Shown: positions 14,413-27,419 of the stretch, piece after piece
How positions within the stretch are numbered: the stretch's first letter is position 1
Layout: each line of letters starts with the position of its first letter
Origin: Octopus vulgaris
Lineage: Eukaryota
Direction: 5' to 3'
Length of the DNA stretch: 64,000 nt
Assembly: GCA_951406725.2 (NCBI GenBank)
Contig: OX597823.1
Coordinates: 55,118,001 to 55,182,000 of the forward strand
Program-made: the position numbers and the translations under genes
The notes under the pieces: model-generated
What the model was told of the DNA's origin: nothing
Database searches by the model: none
Seen by the model: the letters and a program-made list of their open reading frames with translations, nothing else

Positions 14413-16140
14413 AAACTGTTTGATTCGGCTCCATGCGAACCGATGTTTCATCATCTCATTACAGAAACGTAGCCCGTTCAGAGTGAACGAGCTATGTTCA
14501 TGTAAGAAGTCTAGGAAACTGTAAGTTGCATGGAGCCAGATCAAATTATTTAAAATAATAATGTAACTCTTAGAAAAAGTCACACGTGCCTTTTTCTTTC
14601 GTTTGTCCCTATACTCGTATATTTGTTATTCGGGACTTCTATATAGTTTCCGTTTATGAAATTCACTCCTAAGGCATTGGTCGTCCCGGGGCTATAGTCT
14701 TCTTATTCGCAAATCGAATTTTTTTAACCACACGCTTCTGTCACTGCGCCTATAGAACCATCAATGTACCTTATGTTAACATTTTATCCAACCGTCTTTT
14801 TTTTATTAAGAGGATCTCTGTCAATTGTGTAGAAAGCTCTTACTCACCAAATACCATCGTATTTCGTAGCATATTATTTCTGAACCATTTAGCAATTACA
14901 TGGCCAAATTGAAGCGTGTATATATTCAGTTTTTGTTTTCTTGTCTGTATAAGCCTTCACGTGACTGTATTCTAAATTTTCTTTTACTATCTACTTCAGT
15001 AGAAATCTCAAGATGCCGTCGCTTCAGCAGTCTATTTTTGGTAAACAATAAGAATAAGACATCTGAGGATGAAGCTGTTTTCTTCTTTCTAAACAAACTG
15101 CAGTCTTAAATGAAGTGCAAATCAAGGATTGATATCTTACAATTGGTGGCTGCTTTATTGTTAGCTTCTCGCCGCTTTTAAAACAAACGGCTACATGATT
15201 GTTCTGTAAATAAGGTTTGAAATGGCGATACCGCTGGCGACTTTATGAAATAGCAGACGATATACACGCAACCGTAAAAGGGGGAGATAATGCAATGTAA
15301 AACAAACTGAATGATTTATAGCTTGAAGCCATTTTATTTTAGTTTAGTTTAGTTCGTTTTCAAAGCAAGTGGATTGGGGATGCGGGAATTGTTTCAAATT
15401 TTCAAAGAATCACTGAAGATTAAAAATTAGAAAAGAAAACAAATTGCTGGGTTGGTTTCCTGTAGCGAAACCAGTTATCTTTCATACAGGCATAAAGAAG
15501 TAGGGCATGTCGAATTGTGTGTCACACTCAAAAGAAACAAGCCGAGGGAGAAGATTAGCAGATAAAAGAGAAGGAAAAGAACAGAAAGAAGACAATGAAC
15601 AATAGAAGGAAAGAGTGAAAGAGACAAAGAAAGAAATTAGGAAATAAAAGAGAAATGAATGAGTGAAAAAAAAAAGCTAAGGGGGAATTTAATCGGCCTT
15701 AGTAATCAGCTTGTACATATTTCATCTATCACCAGGGGGATGAAGTAAGCAGCTGAATAGAAATAGTGTTAGAAAAGCAGTGTCACACAGCGTTTAGTTG
15801 TGTTTCTTCACTTTGTAGAATCAAAATCAACTTTGTATTACAGAGTTTGATAAAATAAAGTATGAGTCAAATACGGGGTTAAATGAAATTAGTAAGGGAG
15901 ATAACAAAAAGTAACAAGATCCCAAATATTCATAACATGAAGACTTCTAGATTTATTTTATTTCACTTTATTTTCGAAGACAGATATCTAGAGTTCGTAT
16001 GCTACCAAGGAGGATTTTGCTTTTGCTCTTTCCATAAATCTAGCGTCAGTATAATAAATACCAGTCATGTATTAAGGTTAATTTAATTTATGTCTTCCAC
16101 CAAAATAAGAGACCTCGCACTAAATTTACAAACATTTAAT

Positions 16141-16840
16141 ATTCTTTTCTACTCTAGGCACAAGGACCTCGAAAGGATGAAAGGCAAAGTCGACCTCAGC
16201 GGAATTTGAACTCAGAAAGTAAAGGCAGACGAAATACCTATTTCTTTACTACCCACAAGGGGCTAAACACGGAGAGGACAAACAAGGAGAGAACAAACGG
16301 ACTAAGTCGATTTTATCGACCCCAGTGTGTAACTGGTACTTATTTAATCGACTCCGAAAGGATGAAAGGCAAAATCGACTCGGCGGAATTTGAACTCAGA
16401 ACGTAACGGCAGACGAAATACCTATTTCTTTATTACCCACAAGGGGCTAAACACAGAGGGGACAAACAAGGACAGACATAGGTATTAAGTCGATTATATC
16501 GACCCCAGTGCGTAACTGGTACTTAATTTATCGACCCCGAAAAGATGAAAGGCAAAGTCGACCTCGGCGGAATTTGAAATCACAACGTAACGGCAGACGA
16601 ACTACGTATTTCTTTATTACCCACAAGGGGCTAAACACAGAGAGGACAAACAAGGAGAAGACAAACGGATTAAGTCGATTTTATCGACCCCAGTGTGTAA
16701 CTGGTACTTATTTAATCGACTCCGAAAGGATGAAAGGCAAAGTCGACCTCGGCGGAATTTGAACTCAGAACGTAACGGCAGACGAAATACCGCTAAGCAT
16801 TTCGCCCGGCGTGCTAACGTTTCTGCCAGCTCGCCACCTT
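16141..16840 (-). mobile_element. SINE family A concatemer (one head, ~4 core units, ~184-bp period)
   Basis: CAGACGAA anchor recurs at 16226, 16410, 16594 and 16779; the head appears only once. Confidence 0.9.
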
Positions 16841-17230
16841 ATAAATATTTAATACTAAAAGACGACAAACGGTAGAATCAGTAATGCATTGTTTATCTTT
16901 TACTTGTTTCAGTCATTGGAATGTGGCCATGCAGGGATACCTCCTTGGTGTGGGGGTTAGTGAAGCAAATCGGCCCCAGTACTTATTTTTTATTTAATCT
17001 ATTTATTGAAGTCTGGTACTTATTCTATCATTTTTAGTCGAACCACTATATTACGGTCACTTAAACAAACCAACACCTGTTATCAAGCGGTGGGATGACA
17101 AACGCTAAGACACACGGATGTGTGTATATATGTATATGCGTTAAATTAATAAGAGGTGTTGGTTCGATTCCCACGCGTACTAATAGCCATTCTTTTTTCT
17201 ATCGGGATTTATATACCCCAATATTAGATT

Positions 17231-17850
17231 AGGATCTTTGCGGTTTTTTGTCACTGTTTACAATTATCTTTAAAAAAAATTTTTTAAGGTATCATGTAGA
17301 TGTAATTTTCGATGCTGAATCCAAATTTGCTATTCATTTATTCCAGAAAAATTTGCAAAAGTGTTACAGGTGTTCAAAGTTTGGTAATTTTCAGAATTTT
17401 CAGCCAATCAGAAAACAGCGCGTTCGCTGCTTCTTCTTTCATCAGGGGGCGGAGGGCATCAGCATGTCAAAACATTAAACTAAAATTGTTGATCCTGTGC
17501 TCCATCTGTTATAGAATAAGTGGTGGTTACACTCCTCGTGCGCATGCGCAGCATCTTTGGTTACTATGGAAACAGAGTTCTTTGTAATCAGCTATGGAAC
17601 ACGTAGTGCTTCTTTGCTTTGGTTACTATAGAAACAGACTTCTTCGCCACGGTGATGTCTAAAATACTCGCTTCTGATTGGCTAAAATACCCAAATTTTG
17701 CAAACTTTTATAGGCCAAAAGCGTTTTAATCATGGATTTATAGGGAAAATGAATTTCATTTTCATAACTAGTGTACAAAACTTAACCCATATATCAAATT
17801 TGAAAACAATTGGAGCAAAATTGTAAACTATCGAAAACCACAAAGATCCT
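17231..17850. mobile_element. Non-autonomous TIR DNA transposon, superfamily unassigned
   Basis: TIR AGGATCTTTGCGGTTTT / AAAACCACAAAGATCCT (16/17), plus subterminal inverted GTTTACAATT and CAGCCAATCAGAA motifs. Flanks are TAGATT / CAGATT. Confidence 0.75.
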
Positions 17851-17921
17851 CAGATTATTTTCTTTGGCCAATGCACAGTGAACGCTTATCAGTTTAAAGC
17901 TTATAACTATTATTTAGAAAA

Positions 17922-17984
<63 letters not shown>

Positions 17985-18355
17985 AGAGAGAGAAAGAAAT
18001 TACCAATCCATGATGGTGATTTGGCGGGACTGTTGGGTCACTGGACGGGATTCCTTGCAATAAATGTTCCGGCACATTGCGTCATATACAATAACAACTG
18101 AGACGACACTGATGCCAAGCTGCATCGGCCTTTGCATTGCTTTGCTTTTCCCTCGGACAACATCTGTGGGGCGGAGACAGAAGACCTGTGTATAGAAGCC
18201 ACTGTTTACTTTCCATAAGAATCTTACCCTGGCCAACCTATAGCAGGTCACATCTGAATTACACTGTAAAGGTCTTAACATATTCCAATCGCATTTTGTT
18301 TTGTACGTGCGTGTCTATGTATGTGTGTATATGTGTCTATCTGTACGTATATCTC

Positions 18356-18778
18356 TGATTTCTTTTCTGCTGTGTTACCTGTAAATCTGCAGCATTTCGC
18401 TTTTGTACAACCGATTTTATTCACATTACCAGTATTACTTATAGCAGTGATGTTTCTTTATAGCTGATATCGTTTTTCGTTCTATCACCTTCATTTTTCA
18501 ATAAATCGATTTCATTTTGCATACATGTATATCTGTAAGCATTTCGTCTTTTGTAAAAGTAATTTCGTTCTCCGTTCCATTTCATTTTTCTACTTAACTG
18601 ATTTCGTTTTGCGTATCACCTGTGTATGTGTTGGTATTTTGCTTTCTTTATATAGGCGGTTTCGTTTTCCCTTTTATCTCCTCTTCCTAATTAGCTGATT
18701 TCGCTTTGCGTATAACTTGCACATCTGGTAGCAGTTCGTTTTCTATGTAACTAAATTTGTTTTTCAGTTAACCAGAAG
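18356..18778 (+). repeat. Degenerate tandem repeat, ~95-bp unit
   Basis: Units start CTGATTTC(G)TTTTGC at ~18356, 18506, 18598 and 18695, each followed by a TCTG..AGCATTTCG-like motif. Confidence 0.6.
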
Positions 18779-20543
18779 TTACTCCAAACGTATCTAAATA
18801 TATAGTTTGTTAAAAATAATGGAAATATTAAGAAAAATTATTGTTATATTTCGGAATGGTCATTTTGCCAGTTTAGCCAATAAAAAATCTTGCACAACAA
18901 ATATATAAACGTACTAAGAAAAATTATAAAAATATCAAATATTTTATATAATTTACTCAGTAACCATCGATAAATATTAGAATTTTCTAACAATTAAATG
19001 CCTAAACAAGTGCACTGAATGGGAAAACATAATAACTACCTTGATATGGATACCCAATCTGCAAGAAATAGTAACCAAATTTCTCTCAAATATTATCCTA
19101 CCGTGTTTTCGGTTTTTTGTTTTTGTTTTGCTTTAATGTAGTCCTAGACACACTACAAAAAGTTGCAGAAAATATAGACAGAAAGAAAGGTAGAAACAAA
19201 GAAACTATATAAATTATATTTATATAAATATTTATATTTATATAAATATATAAACAAAGAAAATATATAAATAAATGAATGAATACAAAATGGGAAAGTT
19301 TGAATTGAAGGAAGTTTGAATCGGAAAGAAAGAATGAAGGAAATAAAGATGGTTAAAGAAAGAAAGAAAGAAAGAAAAAAGAAAGAAAAATAATGTAAAG
19401 ACGAAGAAAGAGATGAAGCTAGAAAGAAAGGTAGGATGGAGAAAAGAAATAATGAAGACGAAAGAGGAAAAGCGAAGAAGAGACAGAAAGGATGACAGAA
19501 AGATAAAAGAAAGAAATGAAAGAATTAAATATGAACGAAAGAGAAGCTGGGAGGAAAAAATGGAAAGAAAGAAAAAGAGAAATGAAGAATGCACAAAATA
19601 TTAAAAAAAAATAAGACAACCAGAAAGATGTACAGAAAGGAAGGAAGGAATGAATGAATGAATGAATGAATGAATGAATGAAGGAAGGAAGGAAGGAAGG
19701 AAGGAAGGAAGGAAGGAAGGAAAATAGAAAGAAAGAAAGTGACCTGACTGATTTGTATGGTACAGCACTATTTACACGACCGGATTATAACAGCTTTATA
19801 AATTAACTCTCCCTATAACCATTTTAGAAAGAGAGAAAAAAATGGATGAGGAAAATCACATTACAAGACTTAAGAATTATCTTGCCTTGTTCCTATTTAT
19901 ATAGTTCGATCTACAAGCATTCAGCATATCTTAATGGTATTTTAGCCATCGATCACAAAAATCGAGTCTGCTAAACATTTATTGATCGAGTGTGGATTTT
20001 GCTTGATTTTTCTATAATAGTTTACTTAGGCCGAGAAGTCGCTGCTTTAAAACGAACAGCATTCCATCATTCTACGCACACGCCAAGAAAGATCTATTTT
20101 TGATGGCGGCCATGTTGATTGAATGTTATCCTTTGTATTAGAGCTGTGAGCTTTTCACCCTCACATAATAATCTTACAAGATTCGGCCATTGTTCTGCAT
20201 AATATACATACATGCAAACATCCATTCATTCATCCACTCAACTATCCGTCCATGTATGTACGTATGTAAGTGTGTGTGTATGTGTATGTGTCTGTATGTG
20301 TGTGTGTGTATGTGTGTATGTGTGTGCGCGCGTGTGTATGTGTGTGTATTACATACAAACTTAAGCAGTCAACTGACATGAAAAGCATGTGATTTCTGAT
20401 TTATATATAAAAAAGTAATTTTTTGTCCGATTGCTGTTGTTATTGTTATTATTATTATTGCTGTCGTTGCTGTTATAAATAATAATACTATTACCATAAT
20501 TGCTATTTTTGTTATCATTACGTGTTGATATGCCTATAGAAAT

Positions 20544-20602
<59 letters not shown>

Positions 20603-20888
20603 CGCGCATACACAAGGACCTATATGCATATATATATATATATATATATATCTGTAGATTCCGAATACATATACTTTATTATACAAAATCCGGGCGCGCA
20701 CAAACATGTATGTATGTAGCTGCGTACATACGTAACGTATATGAATCGTTATATATTTTAAAAACAACAATTTGTGCGTACCAAAAAATTTTGAAAATTG
20801 TTGATATTCATTTCTGTTGCTGTTTTGTGTGTGTGGGTGTGTGGGTGTGCGTGCGTGTGTGTGTATGTGTGTGGGTGTGTGGGTCTGC

Positions 20889-20924
<36 letters not shown>

Positions 20925-21584
20925 CTGAGTGGATTTTATATATTTTGCATGTGTGTGTGTGTGTGTAAAATTTATACAGACGCAATGCTCTACTCCCGTC
21001 ATTACACCTGAGTTACTTGTTTCTTAAACATTCGTCCGGATGCCCTGTGGTGGGCCAACAGCATCAGTTAATTGAAGGCATGGGAGATAACTAACAATTT
21101 ATTGTCAGCATTTGGCACAAGCGAATAAATGAAAATATATTGAAGTTGAAATTACGGAAAGTGAGAGATTGTGATATCCATGCCTTTCACAAACAACGTC
21201 AGAGCTGCTGTATGAAATGAATAACAGCTTCAGTTGGAATGAACCCAGGATCGGCAACTCGACTCGCTATAAACTTACTTGGATTCTGCTGCACCTCAAG
21301 AAGCAACTAGTGAAAAACGTTGCAGAATTTTTTTTTCATGTTTATTGTTAATGCTGTCGTTTAAATTCCCTGATCAGTTCTGATCGAACAGACGTATTGA
21401 TCATGCCGTTTGTTTCCTCCTATATGTTAATGAACTCAGGTCCTTTTTTTGTGTGATTGTATGATGTGTTTTGAGGAAATCTTCATGTTAATGCTTGCAA
21501 GTTGCGTGACTACATAAAGAGGTTCACTCATTCAAACGGCAGACAAGATCATTGATTTCAATGTCCACGAAACGAAATAATATA

Positions 21585-21808
21585 TATTTCTTTATTGCCC
21601 ACAAGGAGCGAAACATAGAGGGGACAAACAAGGACAGAGAAAGGGATTAAGTCGATTACATCGACCTCAGTGCGAAATTGGTACTTTATTTATCGACCCC
21701 GAAAGGATGAAAGGCAAAGTCGACCTCGGCGGAATTAGAACTCAGAACGTAACTCAATACGGCTACGCATTTCGCCCGGCGTGCTAACGTTTCTGCAAAC
21801 TCCCCGTC
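21585..21808 (-). mobile_element. SINE family A monomer, tail type 1
   Basis: Full head, core and tail type 1. Confidence 0.85.
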
Positions 21809-22456
21809 TTTGCAAAGTCCCAAGCTCAATTCAAGAACATCACACTTCTATAAAACACAGGAGTGCTCATACAGCTTTTATAACAATTAGTTGAAAATGG
21901 GGATACGTCTTATACATGATATTGTGTTATACATGATCTTTTACAGTAATTCCTTTTGAATTGACAGAAAACAACAGCAAGAATATAAATGATGTGTTCA
22001 AGGGAACTAATCGAACCCTTTACGTTGTTTTCAAGTCGGTGGCGCAGTCTCAGTGTACATGACCTTCATCTCCGAGATCCATTAAAAGAAAGCAGAAATC
22101 ACGCGTGGGTTACTGCAGTAGGAAAAAACTCATCAAAATGCCATCTTATCTACCGTTCAGAGACCTGGTCCAATCGCTTGCAAAAGAGTGGATTGCACAA
22201 AAGACAGCCAAGGGCCAGGTGATGGTGGTAAACCGGGGAATGGATTAGGAAGATAAAAAAAATTAATCCAGTGTCGGTGTAATTTATTGATGTTAAGGCG
22301 TTTCATCCGTCACCATCCCATCTCAGTTCCCTGGCTACATTGTGTAGTCCATTGTGGCCTTAAACTTTAAGATACCAGATTTGGTTGCTGTTTCTAGTAG
22401 CTCGCGTGACCATATAAAGACTCTTTGTTAAATCGTCAGCGTTATTTGAATGCAGA

Positions 22457-22555
<99 letters not shown>

Positions 22556-22995
22556 CTAAAGTCAGAAAAGCGGTTTAGTTTCGACCAATGAATTCTCACC
22601 TCCGCCAACTCCACCACTCTCAAAACAAATCTATATTGATGTTGTTAATGAAATTATATTATAGGAAAGGGAAATTGTGTTATTGTATGTGAATTATACG
22701 GCTGTTGGTTGTAAAATAAATCGTAATTGGCAATGAAATATATGGTAGTAGCTGATGAAAATATAATGGTGTAGATAATGAAAATATATTGAAACTAACA
22801 AATCTGAATCGTCAAAAATGGCGTATATTTATTTTTAGCATAATCTGTACATGAATTTTCCTTGTCGGTGTACAATGAATTTTCGACTTCTCCCTGACTT
22901 AGTCTAATTTTGTGTCAAGTATTTGAAAGAATTATTCTAAATGGTACAAAATTTACAATTTATTTTCCTCCTCCTCCTGGTCGTCGTCGTCGTCG

Positions 22996-23026
<31 letters not shown>

Positions 23027-23030
23027 TATT

Positions 23031-23522
23031 GCCTTTGCACAGCTTCTAACGCTGGAGATGTACTACAGTGTCAGCTGTTCACTACCAGTGAAAAAAGATA
23101 ACACCTCTTATTTTTCGAGCACCTTCCGGAGTATTCGGGCGGTTCCAAGCAGTGCTGTTTTCTGCAAGTGCTCCACCTTTATTGCAGCCCCTATTTGTTC
23201 AACGTACCTCTCGATATTTTTGCTTACTGTTCCCAGGGCTCCGACAATTATTGGTACTACCGCTACCTTTTTCATCGACCACAACTGCTTAACTTCCCAA
23301 GCTAACCTGTTACATCTCTTGACTTTTCTTTCCTCCTTATCTCATACCTTGTTGTCAGCTGGGCATGCTATATCTATGATCCATCAGAGTTTGTTTTCTT
23401 TCTCAATTAAGACTATGTTTGGATACCTATTCTCTATCTCATGGTCGCACTGAATCATAAAATCCCATAGTTTCTTTGCATTTTTATTTTCGACGATGAC
23501 TTCGGGTTTGTGGACTTGACAG
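23031..23522 (-). pseudogene. 3' fragment of an R4/Dong-type non-LTR retrotransposon (restriction-like endonuclease domain)
   Basis: Minus strand reads HKPEVIVEN..KLWDFMIQCDHEIENRYPNIV..IIDIACP..KEEEKV..VVPIIVGALGTV..LQKTALLGTARILRKVLEK* (stop 23108-23110), then a short UTR and a TAA/TGA repeat tail. Confidence 0.85.
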
Positions 23523-23535
23523 AGCAAAAAAGAAA

Positions 23536-23572
<37 letters not shown>

Positions 23573-24091
23573 GAGTGAGAGAGCAGTGCATGCCATCAAA
23601 GTGACACTGGGGTAAAATATACGAAGCCCAATATACCCATCATGACTACCCGTCTGATAAGGGTACACCAGGCACATGCATCACAACCATATGTGAGCGA
23701 CATGGTGATCTCATATCAAGATAAACAGCACATAACCTTGCAGGTGGGGCCCAGTTAGAATTTTCTTCAGGTTGAGTAGCCCATCCCGCTCAAAAAGTCC
23801 CTGAATAAGGGTTGTTTAAGGATGTTGAAAGAACCACCCATGTTTCCAGAGGTGAATTATTCAAACCCCAAAGAATCCCTCTCAACACATGGGTATGATG
23901 CTCCCCCAGTACTTCTGCTCGTGATCAGAGATGCACATATCGTCAGCCACTAAGGGACATGCTCAACTGGTTAAGGTCAAACAACTGACAAGCAAATCTG
24001 TGGTATTGAGCAGAATATTTGCTGTAGCCCATCTTTTATACCAAGACAAAACAATGTACATGATAACACTTCCAATCAGTTAAGATCAGAA
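23573..24091 (-). mobile_element. ~550-bp TAA-associated element, copy 2 (about 35 bp shorter at the 5' end)
   Basis: Reverse complement of ~13593-14111 with few substitutions; (TTA)n arrays on both sides. Confidence 0.85.
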
Positions 24092-24177
<86 letters not shown>

Positions 24178-24178
<1 letters not shown>

Positions 24179-24389
24179 GGCAACGAGCTGGCAGTATCGT
24201 TAGCACGCCGGGCGAAATGCGCATCGGTATTTCGTCTGTCTTTACGTTCTGAGCTCAAATTCTGCCGAGGTCGACTTTGCCTTTCATTTTTTCGGGGTCG
24301 ATAAATTAAGTACCTGTGAAACTCGGTGGTCGATGTAATCGACTACTCTCCTCCCCCAAACTTCAGGCCTTGTGCCTATAGTAGAAAGA

Positions 24390-24433
<44 letters not shown>

Positions 24434-25030
24434 CATCATCATCATCTAAGGCAGTGAGCTGGCAGAATCGTTTGGACGCTGGACAAATGTTTAGTGGCAT
24501 TTCGTCCTGGGTTCAAAATCCGTCGAGGTCGACAATGGCTTTTATTTCTTTGAGCCCCTTCATCCAACATTTCAGCCCTTGTGTCTGTAATAAAAAAGTA
24601 TTATTATCATTATTAAGATGGCGGTGAGCTGGTAAAATCGTTAGCCCATCGGACAGAATGCTTAGTGGCATTTCCTATTCCAGTTCTTTACGTTTGCCGT
24701 GGTCAACTTTGTCTATCATCCTTTAAAATAAAAGCACCCATTAAAAAAAAAAGTAAAAGTACTCATTAAATACTGAAGTCTTCATAATAGACTTGCTTAT
24801 CCCTTCAATGTGCCAAAATTAGAAAGGATTATTATTATTATAAAGACGGTGAAAGGCAGTGATCTTGCAAAATCGTTAGTACGCCGGATAAAATTCTTAG
24901 TGGTATTTCGTCCGGCCTTACCTTCTGAGTTCAAATTCTGCCGAGGTAGTCTTTGTCTTTCATCCTTTCGGAATATCGACATATCCCCTTCCGTGAAATT
25001 GCTGGCCTTGTGCTAAAATTTGAGATTATT
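24178..25030 (+). mobile_element. Cluster of four co-oriented SINE family A copies separated by (TTA)n tails
   Basis: GAGCTGGCAG-like heads at ~24178, 24448, 24620 and 24855. Confidence 0.75.
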
Positions 25031-25269
25031 ATTAATTGCTGTTTTTGTGCCGAAATTTGAGACCAATATTATTACATTAATAGTATACTCGCCCTTATGA
25101 TTTTTTTATCTAGACTTTTTTTTTCAACCTACTATTTATAAGCTATTATTTATAGTTTTATCTACTTCGACTGTAATCATAAAATTCTAATGACGTAAAT
25201 ATTTCTAATTCCATTTTTGACGCCCATTGCATTAAATATCTTAACACACTGACTTAACTCTCTCTTTTC

Positions 25270-25674
25270 TCTTTTACTCTTTTACTTGTTTCAGTCATTT
25301 GACTGCGGCCATGCTGGATCACCGCCTTTAATCGAGCAACTCGACTTATTCTTTTGTAAACCCAGTACTTATTCTATCGGTCTCTTTTGCCGAATCGCTA
25401 AGTAACGGGGACATAAACACACCAGCATCTGTTGTCTAGCAATGCTAGGGGGACAAACACAGACACACAAACACACACACGCATATATGTACCTCCCGAT
25501 ATTTTTGCTTACTGTTTCCGTCTTTCAGTTTCCGTCTACCAAATCCACTCACAAGGCTTTGGTCGGCCCGAGGCTATAGTAGAAGACACTTGCCCAAGGT
25601 GCCACGCAGTGGGATTGAACCCGGAACCACGTGGTTGGTAAACAAGCTACTTACCACACAGCCACTCCTGCGCC
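25270..25674 (-). mobile_element. SINE family B, full length
   Basis: Reverse complement of the 2240 and 36549 copies. Confidence 0.9.
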
Positions 25675-25880
25675 TATTGCTTCTTCGTGCAGATGACATC
25701 TATAAGTAATTAGCCTCAGTGATATGTTGATATATTTTCACATATTTTTTTCTCATACATCTTTTGACAAACTTAACTACTGTATTGTATTCTTCTCTTT
25801 AGCTTTATTTTGAAAAAAAAATACTATCATTCTACACTTACACGTATAGAAAATACCTCACATTGTAACTGTAGCTAATA

Positions 25881-25946
<66 letters not shown>

Positions 25947-26189
25947 CAATATTTTTTATACTGAATTAGGTATAATTATGTGTTTATCTCTTTCTCTCTG
26001 TAGACTCTCTCCGATGTAAAAATAGGGGGAAAGGCCTAATGCATTTTGTTCAAAAACTCTGTGATGCCTCACTGCCTGCAATTATATCAGGTGATAAAAA
26101 CTACCTGTGACCTGAAGGGATCGCACGTAGAGAGAAAGGCGGGCTCAATCGTGAACCCCGAAGGAATACATGAAAAAATAAATGAATAG

Positions 26190-26384
26190 CATGACTCTTT
26201 GGTTAAGCAGTTCGTTTCCCAATCATGTGATTTTTGGTTCAGTCTCACCAAGTGATACTTTGGACAAGAATCTACTACAACCCTAGGATAACTAAGGCCT
26301 TGTGAGTGAACTTGATGGAAGAAAACTCTACCGAGGACCGTCGAATGCGTATAAGTATGTATGTGTTTGTGTGAGTGTGTGTGC

Positions 26385-26423
<39 letters not shown>

Positions 26424-26680
26424 TGTGTGTGTGTGAGTGTGTGTGTGTGTGGGCGTGTGTGTGTGTGTCTGTGTCCACCCCCGCCCCTTGACACACACAC
26501 CTCTTGGTGTGTTTACATTCCGTAACTTAGCAGTTAGGCAAAAGAAACCGATAGAAAAAGTAACAGAATAACAAGAAAAGTACCACAGTCGATTCAACCG
26601 ACTAAAACTTATTCAAGGCGGTGCCCCAGCATGGTCTCAGTCAAATGACTGAAGCAAGTAAGGAAAAGATAAAAGATAAG
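26190..26680 (+). mobile_element. SINE family B, diverged
   Basis: GGCCTTGTGAGTG, internal (TG)n, tail GGCGGTGCCCCAGCATGG..GTCAAATGACTGAA. Confidence 0.75.
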
Positions 26681-27419
26681 CACACACACACACACACACA
26701 TTTAGAACAAGACATACGCATATACATGATACTAATGCACTGAGGAGAAGAAAACATTAACCCAACAGTTAAGATTGCTTTAATCTAATTTTGGCAAATA
26801 TGGGCGACAAATATGGATATGTTTCTATCTCTTTATACCCCCATCTCCTTCCCACTGTGTTCCATCGTCTCAGCAAAGCACAGCTTTCTCTGTACCTGCC
26901 AAATTAATCACAAGATTGATCAATATATTGATTACAATAACGTACACAAACAAGCCTCACTGCATACGTATTATTTAAGTTTAATTATTATTTTCTGTAC
27001 TACATTAAGTATGATGGCTCTTAGTGTCGAGTGGACTATCGAGACAAGACAAGGATTTATCTCGTTTATAACTGGAGGATATTCTGACTTGTTCATTACG
27101 GTTATCATGAAGGTTTGTAGACACTGCTTGTTATTATATTAGTTATACTGAAAGACTGCATTAAGATAAACCAGTGAAGTAACCTCTAGGCCAATGTTGC
27201 GAATCAACGACATATATCAATAGTGACACGGTGCAGGTTTTTAGGCGACACGCGTTGCACTTTCGAGACAAACATACCCCTGCACTAACATGTTATAAAT
27301 AACCTATCTATGTGCAATTCCTAAAGTAGATGCATTTTAGAAAATAGATAAATTTTAGATTTAAATATATAAACTTTAGTTTAAGCTAGAATATATCCAT
27401 TTTAAATAATAAAAAATGA

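Noticed and set aside
16200-16840. CRISPR-like regularly spaced repeats
   Set aside because: Whole ~184-bp units repeat with no unique spacers and no cas genes, in a eukaryotic SINE context.
17155-17185. tRNA gene (GGTTCGATTCCCAC)
   Set aside because: Only a T-arm/B-box remnant with no cloverleaf. The SINE heads elsewhere are likewise tRNA-derived rather than tRNA genes.
22941-23453. 170-aa plus-strand ORF
   Set aside because: It is the antisense shadow of the minus-strand RLE fragment plus microsatellite.
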